Source: a bacterium (lineage in GTDB: Bacteria > Patescibacteriota > Minisyncoccia > Moranbacterales > GWC2-37-73). Taken from it: a stretch of DNA of 64,000 bases. A program made the position numbers and the translations under genes. Positions 30,855 through 39,534 of this stretch are shown piece by piece (position 1 is the stretch's first letter; each line of letters opens with the position of its first letter). The stretch is from NCBI GenBank assembly GCA_003251635.1, contig QKEW01000008.1, positions 110,860-174,859 of the forward strand, written 5' to 3'. The notes beneath the pieces are model-generated. The model was given only the letters and a program-made list of their open reading frames with translations. It was not told where the DNA came from and did no database searches.

Positions 30855-31011
30855 TAACTTTTCTTGGCGCCAAGAAAAGTTACAAAAGAAGCGCGAACAT
30901 GACTCGCGCTGTTGAAATTTCTAACTCTGCTCGCTAAAATTTTAAACATGGGTTATTCAAACCACGAAAAATTTTGGCCGCTCACAGAGTTGAAATTTCC
31001 AAACGCGCTTC
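30855..31011. repeat. Perfect 28-bp palindrome followed by a long nested hairpin (MITE- or ncRNA-like)
   Basis: taacttttcttggcgccaagaaaagtta 30855-82; nested pairs gaagcgcg/cgcgcttc, gaaatttc/gaaatttc, aactctg/cagagtt. Confidence 0.65.
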
Positions 31012-31060
31012 GTAATATTCGAAGAAATTCATTTTAAATGCAAGTTAATTTGAATTTTTG

Positions 31061-31104
31061 AATAAAAAAACGCCCCCTGACTCTTTGCGAGCGCAGGGGG
31101 GTGT
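31061..31104 (-). terminator. Intrinsic terminator of the orphan operon
   Basis: cgccccctg...caggggggtg stem followed by a U tract on the minus strand. Confidence 0.7.
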
Positions 31105-31112
31105 GTAAAACT

Positions 31113-31436
31113 TTATCGGTGCGGGTAGTATTCCAATTTCTTGGAATATCTTCCAGGACCGGATAAATCCGAGGAAGGGAATGCCTCGATTTTTATTATT
31201 ACTCCATTTTTATCTCTAAAGTGCCTGAAGTAGACACTTTCTGGATATATGGTGCGCCACTCCTCATCAGGGTAAAAACCTTCTTCTTTGATTTCTTGAT
31301 CAATATTGTGAAGAAAGTTTTTAATAGATGTGGGTATTTGCTTGGGATGGTCGGTACTTTTATCCCTGAATGAAAATGCAACAAGAAGTAGAATAATTAT
31401 TAGCACAAATGCAGTTTTTTTTATTGATATTTTCAT
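31113..31436 (-). CDS. Orphan exported protein
   Basis: 107 aa, N-terminal TM/signal, AAGGGA SD. Confidence 0.7.
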   Translation of the reverse strand: MKISIKKTAFVLIIILLLVAFSFRDKSTDHPKQIPTSIKNFLHNIDQEIKEEGFYPDEEWRTIYPESVYFRHFRDKNGVIIKIEAFPSSDLSGPGRYSKKLEYYPHR

Positions 31437-31448
31437 GAGTATTTCCCT

Positions 31449-31823
31449 TTAGTATTTTTCTGGTTCAAATCTAGTGTCTGTCCACCAGCCGATGTTAATT
31501 TCGGCCCCATTGTAATAGACAACGTCAACGTATCCATTGGGAGTTATTTCCAAGACGGACAGTTCATCATTCAGTTTTATCATAACTCCGCCTTCGGGCG
31601 TGTTGACCCATTTTCCGTAAAATGGAATCTGAGGAAATCTCAGATCCTTTAGATCAGCCAGACACTCCTCGGCTTGCTGAATGATTTCCGGAGAAATATT
31701 CAATTTTTCTTGGCAATCGGGGCAATATAGTTGTATGCTTGCCTCAAAGCCTAGGGCGTTTACCGCGGAAAAAGAAATAAAAAGCAAAAAACAAAAAGAA
31801 GTTGTTAAGAAACTTTTAAACAT
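31449..31823 (-). CDS. Orphan secreted protein, paralog of 31893..32339
   Basis: Signal peptide; GAAAGGAG SD; shared FP..P...KW..T...G....L.D.LS......NG.V...IG.W pattern. Confidence 0.75.
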   Translation of the reverse strand: MFKSFLTTSFCFLLFISFSAVNALGFEASIQLYCPDCQEKLNISPEIIQQAEECLADLKDLRFPQIPFYGKWVNTPEGGVMIKLNDELSVLEITPNGYVDVVYYNGAEINIGWWTDTRFEPEKY

Positions 31824-31892
31824 AGCCCGCTCCTTTCATTGAAAAATCGCTGGTTGAGTTACATGGAAAGGTAATTAACAAAAAAACGATTT

Positions 31893-32339
31893 TTACTGAT
31901 ATGCAGGCAAATCCCAGAAATCTGGATCCGGAGGTTCGTCTTTCTTGGGTTCGGTAGGAAATGAACACCGGAATCCATTTTGCCTAAATTTTATCAATAG
32001 GTCATCCTGTTCCTGCTCTATGGGAATGAATCCTAATTTATTCCAGGAACCAATTTTCATATTATTCTTGTTGTTTGAATAATAGAAAACCTGCCCGTTT
32101 GACTCTACCATAATGAATGATAGGTCGCAGAGAACCAGGATGGCCCCTGAATCCTGGGTGCCCCGCCATTTTTCAAAAGCTGGAGCTGGCGGGAAGCAAT
32201 TTTCATCAAGCCAAATTTCAATTTCCTTTAAAACCTCACAAGGAACCCTTAAGGGTTCCTCGTGTTGGTTCATGAACTGCCCAAAAACTGAAGTGGAACA
32301 CAAAACAATTGTAATTGTCAAAAAGCCTTTCTTGAGCAT
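31893..32339 (-). CDS. Orphan secreted protein (start re-called at MLKKGF)
   Basis: AAAGGAG/GAGGGG purine tract before ATG 32339; signal peptide; aligns by eye with 31449..31823. Confidence 0.75.
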   Translation of the reverse strand: MLKKGFLTITIVLCSTSVFGQFMNQHEEPLRVPCEVLKEIEIWLDENCFPPAPAFEKWRGTQDSGAILVLCDLSFIMVESNGQVFYYSNNKNNMKIGSWNKLGFIPIEQEQDDLLIKFRQNGFRCSFPTEPKKDEPPDPDFWDLPAYQ

Positions 32340-32385
32340 AGCCCCTCTTCTCCTTTTCGATAAAATCGCCTGTTTTAATTTAAAA

Positions 32386-32600
32386 TAAAAAAAACGACTT
32401 CTAATGATTTGCAGGCAAATCCCAGAAATTTGGATCCCCGGGGAAGCGTCAGTGTCGAGGAACAGCGCAGCCGAAACCACAGTGCCCGTGTCTTGGCAAA
32501 AAGACACCATTTGAGGACAAAAGATAGAAATCCCCAAACTGCCTGCAAATCACTAAAAACCGTTTGATTTTTCTTTATTTAGTTGTGAACTTAACCACGA
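32386..32600 (-). ncRNA. Putative structured ncRNA or leader RNA (~200 nt)
   Basis: 24-bp closing stem 32563-32540 / 32417-32394; all 4 deviations are G-U wobbles on the minus strand; U tract follows; internal hairpin gtgtctt/aagacac. Confidence 0.6.
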
Positions 32601-32606
32601 AGGTTC

Positions 32607-32635
32607 AGTCTAGCACAGCTTTATTTTTTTGTCAA
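32607..32635 (-). promoter_or_regulatory. sigma70 promoter with extended -10
   Basis: TTGACA-17 nt-TAGACT with TGn. Confidence 0.75.
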
Positions 32636-32739
32636 GCGGTGTTATAATTGGTTACAAACCATTTGAGCTTATTTTTGGTTTACTAATCTTAGTACGTTTT
32701 TGGGTAGATTTTTATTTTAGATTAAAAAATATTTTTTCT

Positions 32740-33750
32740 ATGATTACCAGCAGTCAAGAAAATTCGGAGGATGTGGTTTTGGACAGCACTCTGCGGCCGC
32801 AAAAATTCGAGGAATATGTTGGCCAAGAGAAGGTTAAGGATAACCTGAGGGTTTTTATTGAGGCTGCCAAAAAAAGAGGAGATGTGATTGAACATGTGCT
32901 TCTCTATGGACCAGCCGGCCTTGGCAAAACCACTTTGGCTAATATCATTGCTAAAGAGACCGGAGTTAACATTCGGGTAACTTCCGGTCCAGCTATCGAA
33001 AGGGTTGGAGATTTGGGCTCAATCCTGACCAATCTTTCAGACGGAGATATTCTTTTCATTGACGAAATCCATCGTCTCAATAAAACCGTTGAAGAGGTGC
33101 TCTATCCGGCCATGGAGGACTACAAGTTGGATGTGATCATTGGCAAAGGCCCTTCGGCTCGAACTTTGCAATTGGATTTGCCTAAGTTCACTTTGATCGG
33201 GGCGACGACCCGTTTGGGTTCGCTTTCCAATCCGCTGCGAAGCCGCTTTGGCGCCATTCATCGTTTGGAGTTCTATACTCAAAATGAAATGGAAGAAATC
33301 ATTCGACGCAGCGGCAAGATTTTGCAGGTGCAAATGGATAGTGCCGGTTGTAGTCAAATTGCTCGTTGTTCGCGTCAAACACCACGGGTGGCCAATCGAA
33401 TTCTCAAAAGAGTGCGGGACTATTCCCAGATTTATGGAGACAATTTGATTGAAGAAAAAATTGCCAAAAAAGCTCTGGAAATGCTGGAGGTTGATCATTT
33501 TGGTTTGGAACCGACCGATCGTAATATCTTAATGACCATCATTGAAAAATTCGCTGGCGGACCGGTTGGGATTGGCACGATTGCGGCAGCCACTTCTGAG
33601 GAAGTTGAAACGATCGAAGATGTCTATGAGCCCTATCTGATTCAACTGGGATTTTTAGCTCGCACTCCACGTGGACGAGTGGTAACTGAAAATGCCTATC
33701 GACATTTGGGAAAAGATTTTCCGGTGGAAAAACAAAAAAATCTGCTATAA
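32740..33750 (+). CDS. ruvB: Holliday junction helicase RuvB
   Basis: [42 protein letters not shown]; start re-called at ATG 32740. Confidence 0.98.
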   Translation: MITSSQENSEDVVLDSTLRPQKFEEYVGQEKVKDNLRVFIEAAKKRGDVIEHVLLYGPAGLGKTTLANIIAKETGVNIRVTSGPAIERVGDLGSILTNLSDGDILFIDEIHRLNKTVEEVLYPAMEDYKLDVIIGKGPSARTLQLDLPKFTLIGATTRLGSLSNPLRSRFGAIHRLEFYTQNEMEEIIRRSGKILQVQMDSAGCSQIARCSRQTPRVANRILKRVRDYSQIYGDNLIEEKIAKKALEMLEVDHFGLEPTDRNILMTIIEKFAGGPVGIGTIAAATSEEVETIEDVYEPYLIQLGFLARTPRGRVVTENAYRHLGKDFPVEKQKNLL

Positions 33751-33777
33751 TAAAAATAGTTGAAAACAAAAAATGTT

Positions 33778-33996
33778 ATGATTGCAATTTTTCAAATACT
33801 CTATGCGGTGGTGATTCTGGTTTTTCTGCTTTTAAGCCTGTTTATAGTCTATCACTTGCTCAAATATTCCTATGATAAGAAAGTCACTTCTTTGATGGTG
33901 ACAATTTTTGTGGTTTTTACTGGACTTTTGATTTTTTCCAACATTATTTTGTTTCTTAATTTGCCGCTGGAGGATTTGTTCTACAATTTTCTCTAA
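33778..33996 (+). CDS. Small two-TM hypothetical protein
   Basis: Hydrophobic ORF tightly packed between ruvB and the PH-domain gene. Confidence 0.65.
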   Translation: MIAIFQILYAVVILVFLLLSLFIVYHLLKYSYDKKVTSLMVTIFVVFTGLLIFSNIILFLNLPLEDLFYNFL

Positions 33997-34002
33997 AATT
34001 TC

Positions 34003-34581
34003 ATGTATAAGCTTAAGGATTTTAAATTTCAAAGCATTGGCCAATCCGAAGAAGAGGTGATTAAGGTCGTGCATCGCAATTGGTTTGACATCGCCAGTCA
34101 ATATTTTTTGGTTTTTTTGGCGACCATTATTTTTTTTGCGGGAATTTTTGTTTATCCTTGGATTTTTCCGCAATTCGATGATCCAAGTTATCGAATTTTG
34201 TTTTTGTTTGTGGAAAATGTTTTCCTATTGGCTATTTGGGTTTATTCTTTTTTGATCTGGGTGGATTATTATCTGGATATTTGGGTGGTGACCAGTGAAA
34301 GAATCATTAATATTGAACAGAAAGGCCTGTTTATTCGCCGAGTCAGTACGGCTGAATATGAAAAAATTCAGGATATCACCGTTGAAGTTAAGGGTTTTTT
34401 GCAAACGGTCATCAACTATGGAGATGTGCGGATTCAAACGGCCGGTGAATTGGAAAACATTATTTTTCGTCATGTCAGCAATCCCTATCAATTGAAAAAT
34501 CTTCTGGTAAAGCTGCAAAAAGATAAGGAGCTTCAAGAGAAGCAGGCCTTTGGGGCAATGATTCGGGGTGAGAATAAATAA
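34003..34581 (+). CDS. Bacterial PH-domain membrane protein
   Basis: WVVTSERII, KIQDITV, NYGDVRIQTAG motifs. Confidence 0.85.
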   Translation: MYKLKDFKFQSIGQSEEEVIKVVHRNWFDIASQYFLVFLATIIFFAGIFVYPWIFPQFDDPSYRILFLFVENVFLLAIWVYSFLIWVDYYLDIWVVTSERIINIEQKGLFIRRVSTAEYEKIQDITVEVKGFLQTVINYGDVRIQTAGELENIIFRHVSNPYQLKNLLVKLQKDKELQEKQAFGAMIRGENK

Positions 34582-34611
34582 AATAAAAAAACGCAGGGGG
34601 TAAAAGTTTGA

Positions 34612-36261
34612 GTGGGTTTTTGCTCAAGAAATAAAACGAAATATTTTTGGATGACGCTACTTTCAGTTTTGGGAGTAGGTTTTTTATTGAATAAAAATCA
34701 TATTTGTCTGGCTCAAAATGATGAAGGTGAGGAGGTGGCAGTTTGTGAAAGCGGCATTATTATTAATGAAATATATCCTTTTACAACGGAATTTGTGGAA
34801 TTAAAAAATATCGGTGAAGAGAAATGCGATTTATCGGGCTGGAGCATTACGGATGAATTGGGTTTTGATCCGGAAGATGTCACATTGAAAGAAAAAAGCT
34901 GGAGTTATCATCGAATATTTGCCGCCGAGAATACCTTGATTGATTCAGGCGGATATTTTGCATTTGAGGGAAATTTAAATTTGAACGATCCTGATGATAG
35001 TGTCAAACTTTTTAATTCACAAAAAGAGAAAGTTGATCAGCTTATTTATGGCAATTCGGTTAAGGGAAAATCATACAGTTTTTTCGGAGAAAAGTGGGAT
35101 TGGGTGAATCCAAGCTTAGGATTGGAAAACAGTCAGCCCCAAGTTGAAGAAGAACTAGCTTCAAGTTTGCAAATTGCCATCAAAATCGACAAAGACATCT
35201 ATCGGGACATCTATGCCGATTTTGAAGTTACGGCTAACGAAAAAGATTTTGGAGTAACTTGGGATTTTGGCGATGGACACAAGAGTTATAAGGCCGAGAC
35301 CACTCATAAATATGAAAAGATTGGAGAATATGAAGTTAGCGTGAAAGTTTCCGGTCAAGATGAAACTGTTTCCAAGCAAATGGAAATCGAAGTGGAAAAA
35401 TTTCCGGATTTGAAAGTGCGAATTGTGGCGGTTAATCCCAATCCAATTGGCGATGACAGCGAAGAAACCATAGTCATTAAAAACAAAAGTAAAAAGAAAA
35501 TCAATCTCAAAGGCTGGAGCTTGGCCACTGGAACTTCCGAAGAGGAACTGACCAATCATCCAATTCACGAAGATTTGAAAATTAGGGCCGGCAAAGAGGC
35601 GACGATCGATCGAAATGACAGCGCTTTTTCTTTAGGCAATCAAAAATCTTATATCGAGCTGCGCTATCCGGATGGACGAGTTTGCGACGATGTCGAATAC
35701 GAAAGTGAAAAAACAGTTGCCGAAGGTGCGATTTATCGAAAGGATAAAAATGGCCAATGGATTTGGGATTTGAGCGGTTTGGATGAGACTTCGGCGCTTA
35801 AGGAAAATGACTTTGGCGACGGCGAGGTCGAAACCATTTTCGGTTTTGCTCAGGAAGAAGATGCGCTGGAAACAATCAGTTTGCTTTTGGATGAATTTGA
35901 AAGGGAATGGGTTGGGATTTATGGTGAGAATGACTTAGTCCAAAACCCTGCTGATGAAGTTGCCGCGGCTTTGAAAAGTGACGCTGAAATTGAAATCGGA
36001 CAAATTTCTCCAGTTGAATTGGAAAACATGTTGGAAAAAATTTGGAAAGATTCAGCCGATAATTTTTCAGCGCCAAAGAAGTTGTCAAAAATTTCTTTGG
36101 ATAAAAATGGAATGAAAATTGAAAATAATCAAATAAAATTTACACATTCAATCAAATCGGATCCGCATTGGGTAGTCAGTTTTTGGCAGAGCTTTTCTAA
36201 TCAGGCCAACGCGAAGATAAATTCGATGCTCAACAAGCGCGAATATGAAAGTTGGGAGTGA
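34612..36261 (+). CDS. Lamin-tail domain plus PKD exported protein
   Basis: IIINEIYP..EFVELKN...DLSGWSI; TWDFGDG PKD motif; second LTD PNPIGDD..INLKGWSL. Confidence 0.85.
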   Translation: MGFCSRNKTKYFWMTLLSVLGVGFLLNKNHICLAQNDEGEEVAVCESGIIINEIYPFTTEFVELKNIGEEKCDLSGWSITDELGFDPEDVTLKEKSWSYHRIFAAENTLIDSGGYFAFEGNLNLNDPDDSVKLFNSQKEKVDQLIYGNSVKGKSYSFFGEKWDWVNPSLGLENSQPQVEEELASSLQIAIKIDKDIYRDIYADFEVTANEKDFGVTWDFGDGHKSYKAETTHKYEKIGEYEVSVKVSGQDETVSKQMEIEVEKFPDLKVRIVAVNPNPIGDDSEETIVIKNKSKKKINLKGWSLATGTSEEELTNHPIHEDLKIRAGKEATIDRNDSAFSLGNQKSYIELRYPDGRVCDDVEYESEKTVAEGAIYRKDKNGQWIWDLSGLDETSALKENDFGDGEVETIFGFAQEEDALETISLLLDEFEREWVGIYGENDLVQNPADEVAAALKSDAEIEIGQISPVELENMLEKIWKDSADNFSAPKKLSKISLDKNGMKIENNQIKFTHSIKSDPHWVVSFWQSFSNQANAKINSMLNKREYESWE

Positions 36262-36269
36262 TTTGTAAT

Positions 36270-36333
36270 TAACCTCCCCTCGGTCCCCTCCGCATCCCCC
36301 TCCCTTTCAAGGAGAGGGTCTGGGTGAGGTAAA
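36270..36333. repeat. REP-like doublet, copy A (internally deleted)
   Basis: taacctcccctcggtcccctcc...ccccctccctttcaaggagagggtctgggtgaggtaaa. Confidence 0.85.
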
Positions 36334-36341
36334 TTCTTGGC

Positions 36342-36381
36342 AAAAAGAAAATCCCCCAACAGGCGAGGCTGTCGGGGGGAT
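36342..36381 (-). terminator. Repeated terminator, copy 1 of 3
   Basis: aaaaagaaaatcccccaacaggcgaggctgtcggggggat; also at 39621 and 42148. Confidence 0.85.
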
Positions 36382-36393
36382 AGTTTTTGGGAA

Positions 36394-36606
36394 TCACTTG
36401 TAGATATAGGGAAGAATTTTTTCCCCATATCCGCGTTTTATTTGCTCAAGGCGGATGGATTTCAGTCCGTCTTTGCCGATCCAGTAGAGCTTTTTCAATC
36501 CAGTGTCAGTCATTTCCAGAAGGTCTTCAATTTTCTCAAACCCAAGCCGTTTAAGAGCGTTGATGGTTCTGTTATTCAAATTTCCCCAGGCATCTTTTTC
36601 GTTCAT
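36394..36606 (-). CDS. Stand-alone RNA polymerase alpha-CTD-like (HhH) protein
   Basis: LNNRTINALKRLGFEKIEDLLEMTDTGLKKLYWIGKDGLKSI resembles the RpoA CTD; GAGGAGG SD. Confidence 0.7.
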   Translation of the reverse strand: MNEKDAWGNLNNRTINALKRLGFEKIEDLLEMTDTGLKKLYWIGKDGLKSIRLEQIKRGYGEKILPYIYK

Positions 36607-36641
36607 GACAACCTCCTCGAGCTAGCAGTGATTTCGGAATT
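36603..36641. repeat. 39-bp gene-junction direct repeat (second copy 37410-37448)
   Basis: tcatgacaacctcc-N4-gctagcagtgatttcggaatt, 35/39 identical. Confidence 0.9.
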
Positions 36642-36642
36642 A

Positions 36643-37413
36643 TCAAAGTTCAGTTATTTTTTTTGCATCTATGATTGTGAATTTTATTTCGCACTTAACA
36701 TTTAGATTGTTTTTGAAATAATCTTCAAGCTGTTTTTGCAAAATATTCTCAAGTTCAGTTTTTGAAATGAAGTGACTGCTTGGAATTTTTCCAAGTCTTT
36801 TTTGAATTATTTTATCAATCTTATTTTTCCATGGCTGAGAAGGATCATAGAACCATCTTTCTTTCATGAAATAGGATTTTAGAACCTGAGTTAGTGAATT
36901 TAACAAATTTGGAAGTTCCTCATCCAGAATGGATATGTGAAATTTATAGATGAGATTCCAATTTTTATTTATCAATTTATGATTAAAATTTTTGTCAATT
37001 TGAATTATTTTTTCATGATGGTATTTGAGAAAATAAATATTTTTTTCTGGCAAGTATGTTATTTTTTTGGAATTGTAGATAAAAACTCGGGCATTATGGT
37101 CAAAATTTGTCTTGATAAGGTCGATGGGAATTATTAGTAAGAACAAAAATAAAAATATCAAACAAGTCACTGTCCATTTATCCTTCTTTATTTTCACTTT
37201 TGGGAAAATGCGATCCATTACCAATAAAAAAAGCAAAACTGGCAAAAGAATCAAAATTGTCGTCAAAAAAATTGGCCACTGAGTTTCTATGGCTAATAAG
37301 GAGGAAATAAAATGACCTGTTTCTATAAATGTCTTTACGGGTATCAAAATCAGAGAGAAAAAAAATAGAAAAAACACTGCAATGGTACTAAAAATTGAAC
37401 GGATTATAGTCAT
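36643..37413 (-). CDS. Orphan membrane protein (3 TM plus soluble domain)
   Basis: 256 aa ORF, GGGAGG SD, flanked by the 39-bp repeats. Confidence 0.75.
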   Translation of the reverse strand: MTIIRSIFSTIAVFFLFFFSLILIPVKTFIETGHFISSLLAIETQWPIFLTTILILLPVLLFLLVMDRIFPKVKIKKDKWTVTCLIFLFLFLLIIPIDLIKTNFDHNARVFIYNSKKITYLPEKNIYFLKYHHEKIIQIDKNFNHKLINKNWNLIYKFHISILDEELPNLLNSLTQVLKSYFMKERWFYDPSQPWKNKIDKIIQKRLGKIPSSHFISKTELENILQKQLEDYFKNNLNVKCEIKFTIIDAKKITEL

Positions 37414-37428
37414 GACAACCTCCCTTGG

Positions 37429-37836
37429 CTAGCAGTGATTTCGGAATTTTTCGTAGTGGGGATATTTTTCAAAGAAAATTTTCTTTTCTTTTTTGAACAC
37501 AAAATATCTTCCCAAAAATAAAAACAAAATTAACAAAATTGCTAACAAATTACATGTGGCAATAAAATTGATGCTGTATTTATTAAAAAGTAAAAAAATA
37601 AACAGTGTTCCTGCTGCTGCATAGTAATAAAACACTATTCGTGCAAATTTTTTTAACCGTTTTTCACTTCCTGCTTCACTCCAGTCTTTCCAAAATTTCT
37701 CGCGTTCTTTATTGCAAAATTTTCTGTCAATCAGTTCCATTTGTCCACATTCGGGACATTTTTCCCAGAGGGCGGTTCCGCAATGTCCGCAAAAATTCGG
37801 ACCGGCGGTTTCTTTTTGGCACTTTGAGCAAATCAT
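37429..37836 (-). CDS. Double zinc-ribbon membrane protein
   Basis: CSKC...FCGHCG...CPECG...FC followed by two TM segments. Confidence 0.8.
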   Translation of the reverse strand: MICSKCQKETAGPNFCGHCGTALWEKCPECGQMELIDRKFCNKEREKFWKDWSEAGSEKRLKKFARIVFYYYAAAGTLFIFLLFNKYSINFIATCNLLAILLILFLFLGRYFVFKKEKKIFFEKYPHYEKFRNHC

Positions 37837-37851
37837 GGCAATCTCCCTTGG

Positions 37852-38201
37852 TTAGTCTAGCCATATTCTTTTTATTTTGATTAAAACCGTGGCGCAGATG
37901 GAAGAATAAACTAAAATGAGAATTCCTATTGCAATTATTGTTTGCCAGTCCCAATTAAATTCCAGGGACGTTTCAAAAATAGAAATGACAAAAAGAAAAT
38001 AACTTTCTTTGATTATGCTTAAACTTATGGCAATCAATAATCCTGGCAGCGCGAAGGTGGTGATTTTAATCCAGGGTTTTAATTCCTTAGTATCTTTAAT
38101 GAGGCATGATGGTATTTGCTAACAGCCAACATTATAAATAATAAAATAAAACCGGCAGTTGCAAGCAGGGTCGACATAGTAAAGCAAAAAATTAACTCCA
38201 T
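37852..38201 (-). pseudogene. Frameshifted orphan membrane protein
   Basis: SD-led ATG 38201 gives MELIFCFT...LRN* (40 aa); an overlapping frame stays open to the stop at 37852; span of 350 nt is not a multiple of 3. Confidence 0.55.
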
Positions 38202-38467
38202 GATTCTTCTCCTTTCAAATTTCTTTGATTAATTTTTTTATTCAGATAAACTGTTAGCCAAACAAAAAATACATCGATAGAAGTTCTGATTACTAGTGAA
38301 ATCGTTGGGTGTGATATTAGATAGGGTTGGATCAAAAAACTTATTTGCAAGCCATTGGTTATAAGGAAAATACTGAATAATATTCGCATATAACGCCTGC
38401 CTGGATCCCAAAAACTTCCCAGACCCAAAAAAGCAGTAACAGCCATGTTTAAAAGTAATTCTCCCAT
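38192..38467 (-). CDS. Orphan membrane protein
   Basis: 91 aa, three hydrophobic segments, GGGAGGTG SD. Confidence 0.7.
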   Translation of the reverse strand: MGELLLNMAVTAFLGLGSFWDPGRRYMRILFSIFLITNGLQISFLIQPYLISHPTISLVIRTSIDVFFVWLTVYLNKKINQRNLKGEESWS

Positions 38468-38627
38468 GTGACACCTCCCGTGGTTAAATTGTCAAAGAAA
38501 ATGTTTCTTGATCTACAAGGAAACAGGTAATTTTCCCTAAAAATTAACAAATTGTCAACGAAAAATTGTAAAATATGGTCTAAAATCAGCCAAAATAAGG
38601 AAAAATAATAAAATTTCATCAATAATA

Positions 38628-38656
38628 TTGACAAAAATGGGGAATTGGAGTATGAT
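38628..38656 (+). promoter_or_regulatory. sigma70 promoter of TrmB-1
   Basis: TTGACA-17 nt-TATGAT. Confidence 0.7.
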
Positions 38657-38667
38657 GATTTTATAAT

Positions 38668-38773
38668 TAACCTCCCCTCGGTCCCCTCCTTGAAAAGGAG
38701 GGGAAGTGACGTGAGTTGAAACTAAAACGCGATTACCCCCTCCTTTTCAATGAGAGAGTCTGGGTGAGGTAAA
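38668..38773. repeat. REP-like doublet, copy B (complete)
   Basis: Head ...cccctccttgaaaaggagggg, spacer, inverted tail ccccctccttttcaa...gtctgggtgaggtaaa. Confidence 0.9.
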
Positions 38774-38778
38774 AAAAT

Positions 38779-39534
38779 ATGGACCAAGATTTAATCAAAC
38801 TTTTGGAAAATTCCGGTTTTACTCAAAAAGAAGCGCAAGTTTATTTGGCGCTTTTAGAGCTTTCCGAAGGAACCGTCAGTCAAATCGCCAAAACAACCAA
38901 GCTTAAACGGCCGATCATCTACGTGGTTTTGGAAGGTTTGATAAAAAGAGGTTTTGCCAATGAGCTGCCGGAAAGAAAAGTCAATGTCTATCAACCAATC
39001 AATCCAACTGTGATTTTGGGACAACTCAAAATGTCGGCCAAAAACTTTGCCCAAATGCTGCCAATCCTGCAAACCTTGGGAAATGACAGAAAAAAGAAAC
39101 CCAAGATTAGGTTTTATGACAACAAGGAAGATATTTTGAAAATTTGGGACGGCGAGATGAACATTGCCCAGGAAGCTTTTTTCATTTCTTCCTATCAAAA
39201 AATCGAAGAACACTTTCCGGGAAAAATTGCCGAGTGGATTGACAAGGCTCAAAAAGGTTTGACGGGCAAAGGCTTTCGTCATTTGATAGCTGACGATCCT
39301 TTGGAACTCGAGTTGGCACCCAAATTTTTGAAGGTTGATCAAAATGTCAGGATCTTATCCGAGCTGCGCGGTTTGAAAATGGATTTTACGATCTATGACA
39401 ACAAATTGGCCATAACTTCTTTGGAAGAAAACCCCTTTATTGTAGTGATTGAGTCGCCGGAACTGGTCGCTTCCATGCAGATGATTTTTGAATTGGCTTG
39501 GGAGAAGGGGAAGCGCGTAGCGCGTAGTGCTTAA
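38779..39534 (+). CDS. TrmB-family HTH transcriptional regulator (1)
   Basis: GFTQKEAQVYLALLEL...IAKTTKLKRPIIYVVLEGL; KPKIRFY; IYDNKLAITS. Confidence 0.9.
   Translation: MDQDLIKLLENSGFTQKEAQVYLALLELSEGTVSQIAKTTKLKRPIIYVVLEGLIKRGFANELPERKVNVYQPINPTVILGQLKMSAKNFAQMLPILQTLGNDRKKKPKIRFYDNKEDILKIWDGEMNIAQEAFFISSYQKIEEHFPGKIAEWIDKAQKGLTGKGFRHLIADDPLELELAPKFLKVDQNVRILSELRGLKMDFTIYDNKLAITSLEENPFIVVIESPELVASMQMIFELAWEKGKRVARSA

Noticed and set aside
32386-32600. Calling the structured RNA 6S RNA
   Set aside because: The size fits, but the interior looks multibranched rather than a rod with a central bubble; a covariance-model search is needed
32340-32739. Upstream extensions of the 214-aa ORF and of ruvB
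   Set aside because: They run through the structured RNA and promoter; better starts lie at 32339 and 32740
36201-36428. 75-aa ORF containing LPHPDPLLEREG
   Set aside because: It is the translation of the REP unit and terminator, not a plausible gene
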